Source: Acidobacteriota bacterium | GTDB lineage: Bacteria; Acidobacteriota; UBA6911; RPQK01; JADFOI01 | Direction: 5' to 3' | DNA: 64,000 bases | Assembly (NCBI GenBank): GCA_963663035.1 | Contig: OY760074.1 | Location: 2,336,001-2,400,000 of the forward strand | Shown here: positions 10,738 through 19,782 of the stretch, piece by piece | Position numbering within the stretch: position 1 is the first letter of the stretch | Layout of the letters: every line of letters begins with the position of its first letter | Notes under the pieces: generated by a model | Told to the model about the DNA's origin: nothing | The model's database searches: none | What the model saw: the letters and a program-made list of their open reading frames with translations, nothing else | Translations under genes and position numbers: made by a program

Positions 10738-10738
10738 C

Positions 10739-10938
10739 GTGCCTCGCTTCATGAAGACGGTGACATTGGCTGATGGGTCTTGCGAGGCGAGGTCAAGGAG
10801 CGAGGAGGAGGAGATTTCAGGGACATCGTCGACGACGAGGGACACAGAGATCGCCCGCAACCCCCATCAGCCCGAAGGGTGGCGGCGGGACGGCGTCGCG
10901 CTCGCCACAAACGTCATCGTATTCATGAAACGAGGCAC
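10739..10938. mobile_element. MITE (about 200 bp)
   Basis: Imperfect IRs of about 28 bp, GTGCCTCGCTTCATGAAGACGGTGACATT / AACGTCATCGTATTCATGAAACGAGGCAC; no convincing coding content. Confidence 0.65.
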
Positions 10939-10975
10939 TTAGACCCGTTTGACAGAGGTAGGCAGGAAAGATAGT

Positions 10976-11313
10976 ATGCCGGACCTTCTACACAAAAAGA
11001 TGAGAGAACCGGATAGAAGAGAGTTCAAGCGACTTCGCCTGCCTTTCAGGGGGATAGCCACCTTCAGCAGTCACGGGCAGCAGGAAGTTGAAGCCCAAGA
11101 CATTAGTGTAGCCTCTGCCTACCTTATTGCGGATACCTCACTTAACATTGGTGAAGAAGTGAAGCTGCTCATGCAATGGCCCCCCGAGAACAACCAGCTA
11201 GGAGTCATACTAAAGGCAGATGGGACTGTCCTCCGAGTGGAACAGTTATCAAAGAAAACATGGGGGGTGTCGTCAAGTTCGAGGAGATGCCTGATTTGGT
11301 TTGGAAAACCTAG
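10976..11313 (+). pseudogene. PilZ-domain protein, frameshifted at a G6 run (11262-11267)
   Basis: PilZ motifs RREFKR and DISVAS; one extra G restores WGGVVKFEEMPDLVWKT* and removes the overlap with the next gene. Confidence 0.7.
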
Positions 11314-11334
11314 ATCGTTGCAAGGGAGGTTCTC

Positions 11335-11811
11335 ATGGCAGCCAGACTGATTATCGCCGTGTTCGTGGCCTTGCTCATTCTCATCCCAGCCTGTTCGCGT
11401 CAGGTTGATTCAGAGTTGCCAGAACCGGTAAAACTCACGTTGGTGCAGACGGCAAGGATAGGTCAGACCGACCAGGTTCTGGCTTTGCTCCAAGAGGGTG
11501 CAGATGCGAATGAGATAGATGAAGTAGGTAACAGCGCCCTGGGGGCGGCGGTCTTGGGAGGTCACCCTGCCACGGTTGAAGCTCTCTTGACTGCGGGCGC
11601 AGATGTGAACACAAGGTTGCTGAAGCAAGGCTGGACCGTGTTGATGACTGCCGCCGGAGGAGGCCAAACCGAGATCGTGAAAGCCTTGTTGGAGGCAGGT
11701 GCGGATGTGAACGCGAAAAACCAGAAGGGGTGGAGCGCCCTGATGTCTGCGATGTTTGCGGAGCACGCCGAAATCGTCGAGTTACTCCGACAGGCGGGGG
11801 CGCAAGAGTGA
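11335..11811 (+). CDS. Ankyrin-repeat lipoprotein
   Basis: RBS GGGAGG, lipobox-like IPAC, ankyrin repeats (GWTVLMTAA...LLEAGADVN). Confidence 0.9.
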   Translation: MAARLIIAVFVALLILIPACSRQVDSELPEPVKLTLVQTARIGQTDQVLALLQEGADANEIDEVGNSALGAAVLGGHPATVEALLTAGADVNTRLLKQGWTVLMTAAGGGQTEIVKALLEAGADVNAKNQKGWSALMSAMFAEHAEIVELLRQAGAQE

Positions 11812-11821
11812 CCTGCAATTT

Positions 11822-12427
11822 TCAGCTTCGATTGCGGTAAAGCTGTCTGTCCACAACGGCGGCCATTTTCTCAACCTCCAGATCTCTTTGAAGAAATGCC
11901 GCAATGCGCTCAGCATGACTCCTCGAATCTTTGAGGACCTCCTTGTAATCCACACTAATCACTTCGAAGTTTCCCTGCTGCTGAAGCCACTGTTTGACTT
12001 TCCTTAAATGTTTTTCAAAGAGAACCCTCATACTGTCGTCATCGACGGAGTCTGGCGGCTCTCCCCGGCGAACCAGCATCTTATTTTGAGAAGCAATGAG
12101 TTCTTCCAGATCCCGATTCAAAAAAATCAGCTTGAAGCGACAACCCGAGGGCAGTTCCTTGAGGAGTTCAGAGATGACCTTGACCGCCTTACCCGGCGCA
12201 TCTTCCAGCCACGACTTACTCCTGTCCTTGGCCAGCTGCTTGACCGGTTCAAACTCAAAATATCCTTTGGGATTATCTTCATCCGGTTTTCTGACGCGGT
12301 CCGTGAGAATCTCTACTCCCCCTGCTTCCAGCATGCCCATCATCATGGAAGTCCCCGAGCGAGGCAGCCCTGAGACGACAATGATTTCTTCCTCCAATTG
12401 TTTCTTCCGGAAGAGGTGTTTCAGCAC
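11822..12427 (-). CDS. Sulfotransferase-family P-loop protein
   Basis: IIVVSGLPRSGTSMMM PAPS-binding-loop motif and NPKGYFE. Confidence 0.8.
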   Translation of the reverse strand: MLKHLFRKKQLEEEIIVVSGLPRSGTSMMMGMLEAGGVEILTDRVRKPDEDNPKGYFEFEPVKQLAKDRSKSWLEDAPGKAVKVISELLKELPSGCRFKLIFLNRDLEELIASQNKMLVRRGEPPDSVDDDSMRVLFEKHLRKVKQWLQQQGNFEVISVDYKEVLKDSRSHAERIAAFLQRDLEVEKMAAVVDRQLYRNRS

Positions 12428-12429
12428 TG

Positions 12430-13260
12430 CTAAATTTCCACTCCCAAAACTCCCTTTAGAGCGAATCCAAAGACGGTACAGAACAGAAAGAACAAAATCA
12501 GCCAGTGAATTTTCCAGCCAAAGAAAGAAAGTTCTCGTCTCGGATAGTCCACCCGGATCGACTCGATTGCAGTCGGTCCCTGGATAGGAGGTTCTCCTGG
12601 ATTGAGCAGCACTTCAGTCCACTTGCCGGTACGCAGCGCGGACACTGAACCTTTGTCGTCTCCCACGATGACTTCCTTTTGAACCGTTCGATCACGCCAG
12701 TGAATGGTGACAAAGTCGCGGGTCGGCTCCTCCGCGCGGATACGCCAGACCACCTCCCTCAGGTCCGCAATCCTCACCGGAGGAGTCTCAACCTTCACCT
12801 CCTTGGGAGTCTCCAGGCTGACAAGATCTTCGGGTGCAACAGCTGTGGTGAACGTGACCTTCACTAGAGCAGACTCTCCAGGCCTCAGGGGACGAAGCGC
12901 CAGGTGCAAATCCAGCTGGATGAGGATCAGCAAAAAAGGAACAAACAAAACCGGAAGGGGAACCAGTGAGTACTTCAAATAGGTGAGGGTATCCCTAATG
13001 ATGCTCACCTGCAGTGCCACCACGACCGACACGCTATCCCGGAACAGTCGAACCGCCAACATGTTCCCCCGAATTCTGTTCCGGAGAGTGCGAATTGCTT
13101 CCTGATTGGAATACCGACCAAAGATCCACAGTGCCAGAAGGGCACTCAGAAAGGAGACGACAACCAAGACCCCCATAGAACCCAAGAGCCACAGCGGCCA
13201 GGAGATCAGACCAAAGAGGCCCGTCAGGAATCGATTGATCAAGCTAATCAAGGTATTCAA
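12430..13260 (-). CDS. Integral membrane protein (DUF106/EMC3-like topology)
   Basis: TM helix, cytoplasmic helical segment, second TM, soluble domain, C-terminal WxxxF TM; packed within the operon. Confidence 0.7.
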   Translation of the reverse strand: MNTLISLINRFLTGLFGLISWPLWLLGSMGVLVVVSFLSALLALWIFGRYSNQEAIRTLRNRIRGNMLAVRLFRDSVSVVVALQVSIIRDTLTYLKYSLVPLPVLFVPFLLILIQLDLHLALRPLRPGESALVKVTFTTAVAPEDLVSLETPKEVKVETPPVRIADLREVVWRIRAEEPTRDFVTIHWRDRTVQKEVIVGDDKGSVSALRTGKWTEVLLNPGEPPIQGPTAIESIRVDYPRRELSFFGWKIHWLILFFLFCTVFGFALKGVLGVEI

Positions 13261-13269
13261 GCTATGACC

Positions 13270-13464
13270 CTAGGAAATATAGCCCAGCCCTTTGAGCCTT
13301 TTCTTGATCTCTTCGTCGGAATCGGCTTCCTCCAGCTTTTCGATCTCCTTCTCCAGAGCGTGGGTGATAAATTCCTCCACCGAGGAATAACCTGCGATCC
13401 TGGAGTGCCGTTTCACTTTCTCAAGAAGATCTTTGTCAATCTTGATCTTCGAACCAAACATCAC
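13270..13464 (-). CDS. Small protein, ribbon-helix-helix-like N-terminus with a C-terminal RLxxLGY motif
   Basis: RBS AGGAG; KIKIDKDLLEKVK...YSSVEEFI..ALE (RHH-like) and EEIKKRLKGLGYIS. Confidence 0.7.
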   Translation of the reverse strand: MMFGSKIKIDKDLLEKVKRHSRIAGYSSVEEFITHALEKEIEKLEEADSDEEIKKRLKGLGYIS

Positions 13465-13480
13465 CAGTTCTCCTTTCGGT

Positions 13481-15451
13481 TCACGGCTCCAGGCAGTCCT
13501 GCCCCATCATCTCGGGAGGTTTGGGAATGCCATATTCATCCAGCACTGCCACAGTCAGATCGTAGAGAGCAGGATCCTGGAGTGTGATTTTGCGATTCGA
13601 AATCAAAACTCCCGGAACCAGCCGGTAGTCCATCCCATGATCTCCGCTCCAGGGTCTGTCATTGTCTGCGAAGATGTCCCATGTGAACTCCCCCAGAGGA
13701 CTTTCCCAGGAACTGCGATACCCCCAGTTATAGCCCACGATGATGTCCGGACCCTCATCCAGGTTCCTGCCTTGGAAATCACGCTGCGTCTGTACCACCA
13801 GCGTGACCGGGTTTTGGTCCCTTTCAGGATCGCTCATCGCCAGGAGCTCCGCTTCCAGTTCATCCAGAAGTCGCTGATACTCACTTCCCTGAGCCACAAT
13901 GCCGTTACTCTCGCGGCCTTTTAAATTAAGGTAAAGACCGTTTAGGCCAAAGGCGTAGGCTCGAGTTCCACTCCAGTCCACGTTCAGGAAAAGAGGATCT
14001 CCACGCCTGCTCGGATCCTTCAGTTTCACATAGCCTTTTTCAAGCAGCCACGAGTTGAGATTCACGCCCCGGTTAAAGGGAGCAAAACCATGATCGGACA
14101 TCACAATCACAGTTGTCGACTCATCCACCACCTGAAGCACGTCCCCCAGCGCTTCGTCGATCTGTTGATAGAGAGTCTGGATCCCCAGTGCCAGCTTCTC
14201 ATCATGGCTAAAATTGGGGTGCTGCTCATCCCTGTACCTCCACAGCATGTGGGAGCCCTGGTCAACGCTTGAAAAATAGAAAAACAGGAAACCTTCCTTG
14301 AAGTTCCTCAAACTATAGTCAAGTGCCCTTCTCTGCTCATCAAAAACCAACTGAGCCTGTTGCCAAAACTCCCCTCCGTCAAAGATCCCCTCATCCAGCA
14401 CAGCCGTGTCCTCAGGGAGTTCCTGGGTATAAAAGTAGCCTAACTCCTCCGCCAGTTCCTGAGCCCAACCTGGCGGGGTAGAGATAGGCATGGCCGGCTG
14501 CATCGGGTCAATCTGAAGTGGCGACACATAGAGTCGAAAGTGAGGTCGGACCTGTTGAAGGTAGAACCTCCCGATGGCACTGATACTGACAAGATAGGGG
14601 ACGGCTTCAAAATCCACTGGGACCCAGTCACTCCACTCCCCCTCCTTCAGAATAAATTCCTCATCCTGAACCAAGAACTTGGCCACCGACTCATCAGGAT
14701 CCAGGTAAACCGTAAAATCGATCTCAAGATCAGGGTTCACATACTCCAGCTCAGAATTTGTGTTGCTGCCACCGTTCTGACTTGAAGAGTCTTTGGGAAT
14801 CCGTCTGAAGCTGTTCTGGGGCCCCATCAGACTAGCTGAGATGGTGTCGTTAATGATCTCAACTTCAAACACGCGCCCCCCCGCAATGTCCTTGGCATTG
14901 TCGGGAGGTTCGTCAGTATAAAAAGAGAATATCCCCGGCGTCCCCAAAATATCCGGGGTTCCCATGCCTGAAAGGGACTTCCCTGTCGATGTGACGGGAG
15001 GGAAGTTGGCCGGCATACGGAACACGGTCGTGGGAACTCCGTGCTCTTCCAGAATCTGCCAGAAAGCGGGACCTTGCCGTAATTGCTCAACACTACCACT
15101 TCCCAAAGGAATCACCCACGATCCAAGACTCAAGTTCCACTCCGGACTGGCGGTTTTGGACAGAGACAGGTGCGGCATCATGGTAGCCGGGTCACGATGG
15201 ATAAAGTCAAAGATGCCGTGACCTCCCGGATCCATCCCGGTGATGAAGGTAGACCAGGCGACGGGGCTAAGGGGCGGCATGGTGGTCTGAAGCGGTTTGA
15301 AATCTCCTCGGGCGACCAGCTTCTGAAAATTAGGCAGATGCCCGGCTGCCATAAACTCTTCCAAAAGCTTGGGGTCAAGGCCATCAACGGCCAGAACGAA
15401 CACCTTCTTGGCTGGCGCCTTGGCACACTGGGAAAAGACCAGAACCAGCAT
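13481..15451 (-). CDS. Alkaline-phosphatase-superfamily type I phosphodiesterase/nucleotide pyrophosphatase (5' end probably clipped by IS)
   Basis: VLAVDGLD, PPLSPVAWSTFITG, HGIFDF, VMSDHGF, WSGDH motifs; an IS end lies 7 bp upstream. Confidence 0.88.
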   Translation of the reverse strand: MLVLVFSQCAKAPAKKVFVLAVDGLDPKLLEEFMAAGHLPNFQKLVARGDFKPLQTTMPPLSPVAWSTFITGMDPGGHGIFDFIHRDPATMMPHLSLSKTASPEWNLSLGSWVIPLGSGSVEQLRQGPAFWQILEEHGVPTTVFRMPANFPPVTSTGKSLSGMGTPDILGTPGIFSFYTDEPPDNAKDIAGGRVFEVEIINDTISASLMGPQNSFRRIPKDSSSQNGGSNTNSELEYVNPDLEIDFTVYLDPDESVAKFLVQDEEFILKEGEWSDWVPVDFEAVPYLVSISAIGRFYLQQVRPHFRLYVSPLQIDPMQPAMPISTPPGWAQELAEELGYFYTQELPEDTAVLDEGIFDGGEFWQQAQLVFDEQRRALDYSLRNFKEGFLFFYFSSVDQGSHMLWRYRDEQHPNFSHDEKLALGIQTLYQQIDEALGDVLQVVDESTTVIVMSDHGFAPFNRGVNLNSWLLEKGYVKLKDPSRRGDPLFLNVDWSGTRAYAFGLNGLYLNLKGRESNGIVAQGSEYQRLLDELEAELLAMSDPERDQNPVTLVVQTQRDFQGRNLDEGPDIIVGYNWGYRSSWESPLGEFTWDIFADNDRPWSGDHGMDYRLVPGVLISNRKITLQDPALYDLTVAVLDEYGIPKPPEMMGQDCLEP

Positions 15452-15458
15452 AGGGAAC

Positions 15459-15775
15459 TGACCTTGCCCCCTAAAACGAGTCCAGTTTGAATGTTAGGAT
15501 TTCCGGTTTAGGAAGGAGGCAAGGATGGCAGGGAAGCGGTTTAGGGCAGAACAGATCATCATGAAGCTGCGTGAGGCAGAGGTGGGTCTGGCCCAAGGAC
15601 AGAGGGTGGGACAGGTGTCGAAGCAGATCCGGCCTCACAGCGCCTTGGCCTATCGGCCGCCGGCGCCAGAGGCCAAACTACCTAGGTCGCAGGCACTGGA
15701 TCCAATCCCTTGGAGTGGACTTCAAATGGTCCCGGGTCTAGCATAGAGGGTGGACTCGTTCGTGGGGGCAGGTCA
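15459..15775 (+). mobile_element. Internally deleted IS3 derivative (317 bp)
   Basis: Both IRs match the full copies; about 950 bp deleted at a CAGAT microhomology; no TSD (GAAC vs GGAT). Confidence 0.92.
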
Positions 15776-16521
15776 GGATCACTGGTGAAGTACGAGAAAG
15801 TTCCCTGACTCCCCTTGAGATCGGGAACTGACATGGCCGAGAGCAACACGCCATTGAACTTCTCCGGCGGGAAGGTAATGGGTACACGAATCACGCTGCT
15901 GAAAACGCCGTAATCACCGAGGACCTTCCAGAAGGGTTGACTCTTGCGTCTAAACTGAAGCGTCGGCTTACCTAACGGAAAGCTGTATGACCCTATCGAG
16001 AGGCGGCGTGAGGGGGGGTCGATGCGCGCCGAAGTGAGTTCGGGAAGATAGGTTTTCCGGTTGGGCTTCAAAAAATCAAAAATCCGATGGCGCCCCGGGT
16101 TACAGCCGGTCTGAAAAGACGACCAGGCCACTGGAGACTCGGCCGGCAGGGTCGTTTCCAAACGAGTGTACGTTCCCTGTTCCTGAAGCTTCACAAAGTT
16201 GGGGAGGAGACCTTCTTTAATGAATTGTTCCGTCAACTCGGGGTCCTGCCCGTCCAGGCCCAGAACAATTACCTGCTGAACCCGGCCTTTTGCCAGGCCC
16301 TGATTTCCCCGAAGGCTCCTGAACAACCACCGGATGGGCCAGGTCAGGAGGGTCAAGAAACCCACAAGCAGTGCTATGAACAGGGTAAAGAAAGAGTAGA
16401 CAAAAGCAAAACCCGCTCCCGGCCCCACATAGGCTTCCACACTGCCAGGAAACAGCAAGGCGAGTCCCAAAAAGACTAAGACCTTGCCAAAGAGCTTTCT
16501 TCCAGTTTTGATGACTTTCAA
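15776..16521 (-). pseudogene. Second AlkP-superfamily phosphodiesterase, 3'-truncated by the IS3 derivative
   Basis: YVGPGAG plus TM, VLGLDGQD, PAESPVAWSSFQTG; similarity to 13481-15451 stops at the IS end. Confidence 0.85.
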
Positions 16522-16678
16522 GTTCTCAGTTGGGGCTCAGCGCTTGTGACAGGTTACAAGCTAAAGAGTTTCAACTGGTTAAGGGGTTTTGTCAAGTGGG
16601 CCACCGATTCAGGAAAAACGTCAGGATGCAACCTGGACCAAGCTTTCGTCGTCATCGATAGTCCGTGCCTTGCTCCGG

Positions 16679-17224
16679 TCATTCGCAGTCCAGCCTCCCA
16701 ACGTACTCTAGCGGAAACCTTCTTAGCCGAGTGGTCTTTCCTTCTAATTCCCCAATCGCCACCAGATATTCCTGGATCACTGTAAACCTGTAGTTAAATT
16801 CTTTCTGTGCTCGATAGGAAGGAAACATCACGATTGATTTGGCAAGCATAGCCGCCACGTCAACTGCAGGAACCAGTCGTAAAGAGATCACATCGGCGCA
16901 TATCTCCCGGTAAATTCTCCTCCCTAGCGGTTGACACTCAGGAGCCAGGTGGCCGACTTCATGGGCAATCAGTACTCTTCTCTCGCGCCTCGATAGCTGG
17001 AGAAGAAACTCTCTGTCGAACAAAAATACCGCCGTATCCTTGCCAGATGCTTCAATCCAATATTCAAGTGCAGCCCCCTCAGGCGCCTGATCAGAGACGA
17101 CAATTGCGTATTGAGTCGGTGCCAGGTTGAGTTGGGATAGATATTCTTCTACGGCTTGACTGACTTCCATTTCCAAAAACTGGCTCGTGACCAGGGTGAG
17201 TGTGAATAAGGCTAAATAGAGCAT
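16679..17224 (-). CDS. Putative zinc metallopeptidase (M48-like)
   Basis: Signal/TM segment; IAHEVGH HExxH and downstream EICAD. Confidence 0.7.
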   Translation of the reverse strand: MLYLALFTLTLVTSQFLEMEVSQAVEEYLSQLNLAPTQYAIVVSDQAPEGAALEYWIEASGKDTAVFLFDREFLLQLSRRERRVLIAHEVGHLAPECQPLGRRIYREICADVISLRLVPAVDVAAMLAKSIVMFPSYRAQKEFNYRFTVIQEYLVAIGELEGKTTRLRRFPLEYVGRLDCE

Positions 17225-17588
17225 TTGAGCTTTCTAACTCCGGTCATCTCAGACACGAAGGAACCGTCCTCTCAGGGTTCTTCTTGTGGTTCGTGAGTTC
17301 GAAAACCGTCCTGAAGCACACGGATCGAGTAGGTGGAGCTGGCGGTAGAGTGCGATCCCAACGGGGACTTTTGCGTGACTTGCCTAACCTGGACGCAATT
17401 TCTGTACCAGAGAGTCGACAATCACCACCAGAACCCGCTGGCGCTCCAGCGGCTTCTAGGTTTGCCAGAGAATCGTGGAAACGAAATGGAGGCTGGGTGA
17501 ACTTCGATTCTTCAAAAAACGTCAACGTCAGTTTACAGTGTCAAGAGTGTTCCACTAAGCTTCTTGAAGGTGACCGCTCAAGGCCTGC

Positions 17589-18056
17589 ATGATGGTTCGG
17601 TGGCAACGCGTTCTCATTTATATTCTCGGGGGTGTTGGCTGCTGGCTCCTGCTGGTTGTGTGGAGTCAGAGACAACTCAGAGAAGTTCATCTACAAATCA
17701 TGCGCAAGGGCCTGGAACATCACGTTCGTCTGGCGGAGCTGCTTTATGATCTGGATGCCTCGACCTCGAACAGCGAGATCGATAACATCCGCCAGAAGAT
17801 CCCTTATCACATTGCTATCATCGATCGTCAAGGTAGGGTGGTGGCAGATTCTTTGTTTGGACGAACTTTGGGACACCTGGAGAACCAGCTCAATCAAAGG
17901 GAAATCATTCAGGCTGAACAAGAAGGAGTAGGGAGTGATTTGCGCTACAATCCCGCCACCGATGGATGGTTCCTTTATGCAGCCGTTTCCCTGTCCACTG
18001 GCCAAGGCTTTATACGTCTATCTCAGCCGGTGAGTGGGCCTTGGCCCACAGAGTAG
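17589..18056 (+). CDS. Membrane-anchored Cache/PAS-like sensor domain resembling a PhoR N-terminus, no kinase domain
   Basis: TM, then IAIIDRQGRVVADS...ENQLNQREI...LYAAV...GFIRLS. Confidence 0.6.
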   Translation: MMVRWQRVLIYILGGVGCWLLLVVWSQRQLREVHLQIMRKGLEHHVRLAELLYDLDASTSNSEIDNIRQKIPYHIAIIDRQGRVVADSLFGRTLGHLENQLNQREIIQAEQEGVGSDLRYNPATDGWFLYAAVSLSTGQGFIRLSQPVSGPWPTE

Positions 18057-18463
18057 GTCCTTCGCCTTGCTCATTTTGTCGGAACCAATTGATTTCTTCT
18101 GCGTTTATATGAAGTGGATGCGGCTCTCGGTTTCATCGAATCACATCCCAGAGTTTCCTGGAATGAGATCCGCATCCGCCTTGCAATAAATCTCGATCTG
18201 GTGCATCCTAAAAGGGGATGTGGTTCGATTTCTCCTCTCTCCCTCATGTGTGCTGGAGGATTGAGCCCTGCCGGTTCCCCTGGGTTCTCGCGACTTTCCT
18301 CTGCCATGAGTGAGAAGCGAGAAATGAAGTTCAGATGCCTTCTCGAAAGGGGACCGGCCCCATTCATAGAAACCCCTGAATTCAGAGCTCCCCAATGTGA
18401 CACAAAACTGGCACAGTGGAGACTTCTACGGTCGGCGAGTCGTTGCTCAGTCGTTGAAAAAAT

Positions 18464-18737
18464 TGGTGGAGGTAACCGGACTTGAACCGGTGACCCCCTG
18501 CTTGCAAAGCAGTACCCTTGAGTTTCACAACCTCCTCGAATTCAATAAGTTACTGAGACAAAGAGATTTCCATTTTGCAGATTTTAGTCAATTTTGGCAG
18601 ATTTAGGAAAAATTTTCACACACAGATTCACACACCGAAATTTCAGCGGTGTAACCTCCGGAGATCTGGTGAGCTCTTCTGGCTGCTCCTTCCCGTCGTT
18701 CCTTGATGCTAGCCGGATAGAGTTTTTCGGGGGGACA
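18464..18737 (-). repeat. tRNA-Ala att repeat 1: 49-bp tRNA 3' copy, conserved arm and solo transposon end
   Basis: 18464-18512 is identical to 37011-37059; the arm is shared with the 19299 and 22054 copies; ends in TTTTTCGGGGGGACA. Confidence 0.9.
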
Positions 18738-18850
18738 GAGACTATCCAGGTTTGAGCGAAGTTCTGCATCATCTCAACAGGTCCGGATGTTAAACTAATA
18801 AGTGGAGTTGGACACTCACAGACTCCTCGCCGAAAGACGGGCTACAGGAA

Positions 18851-19222
18851 ATGTCAAAGGAGAGCGGAAAGACCAAGCTTGCAGTCCTGATACTGCTCCC
18901 CATCTTAGCAATTCTAGGGTACATGTGTTATCGAATCATCCCAGTGTACTTGGAGAAGGATGCTTTTCAAGACGATTTGATCAGCATCGGTGGGAAAGCC
19001 ACGAGATCCGGATGGGACAATCGCATGATCATTCGCCAACTGATGCAGTTGGGTGAGAGCAGAAACCTTACAGTCGAAGAAAAAGACATCCGAATCCAGC
19101 GTGTCCGTGGCCGACCGGAAGTCGCTATTGCGGTGGATTATAGTAGAATCGAAGAATTTCCAGGCGGCTATCAGTATGTCTTTCAGTTCCACTCTTCGAC
19201 CTTAGCCTCCTATTGGTTTTAG
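18851..19222 (+). CDS. Small single-TM protein, DUF4845-like (pilin-like N-terminus)
   Basis: ESG followed by a hydrophobic helix, IIPVY, VDY; sole intact cargo of an 835-bp island. Confidence 0.65.
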   Translation: MSKESGKTKLAVLILLPILAILGYMCYRIIPVYLEKDAFQDDLISIGGKATRSGWDNRMIIRQLMQLGESRNLTVEEKDIRIQRVRGRPEVAIAVDYSRIEEFPGGYQYVFQFHSSTLASYWF

Positions 19223-19298
19223 GCAGAAACTCCCTTGAGAGTACCTTTCAGAGTACTGTTGCTCTTGGGTTAACTAACTGATCAATCGGGAGATAGAA

Positions 19299-19483
19299 TG
19301 GTGGAGGTAACCGGACTTGAACCGGTGACCCCCTGCTTGCAAAGCAGTACCCTTGAGTTTAACAACCTCCTCAAATTCAATAAGTTACTGAGACAGAGAG
19401 ATTTCTGTTTAGCAGATTTTAGCTGATTTGAGTCAATTTCGGCAGATTTTGGAAAAATTTTCACACACAGATTCACACACCGA
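19299..19483 (-). repeat. tRNA-Ala att repeat 2: 49-bp tRNA 3' copy and conserved arm
   Basis: 19299-19347 is identical to the tRNA-Ala 3' part; arm has TTCAATAAGTTA and TTCACACAC direct repeats. Confidence 0.9.
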
Positions 19484-19720
19484 GATGCTGGTGAAACTAA
19501 AACTTTCTCAACACTGGCGCGATTTTGTCACCCTCTATCCTGTCTAACAAGGAGAAGCAATTATCCTTCTTCGCGAGATCATAGGACAGCAGATTGATAA
19601 CCGGAGCTCTTTCGTAAGGCTCCGTCTTTAGCTCAACGTCTTCCTCCATAATGACCAGGTAGTCGAACTTATCACCTGGGCTTCTGGGAAAACGAGTGTC
19701 AAAATATGCTGCACAGAATC

Positions 19721-19764
19721 TTGCTCTCCTGCGAGGTACTTCGGTATAATCTTACTGGTAAGAT
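19721..19764 (+). promoter_or_regulatory. Sigma70-like promoter and palindromic operator of the TA operon
   Basis: TTGCTC-N18-TATAAT overlapping the inverted repeat ATCTTAC-tg-GTAAGAT. Confidence 0.6.
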
Positions 19765-19782
19765 GGAACGACCTTCAAAGGA

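Noticed and set aside
15525-15746. 73-aa OrfA/OrfB fusion as a functional gene
   Set aside because: Product of the internal deletion; lacks a complete HTH and the DDE domain.
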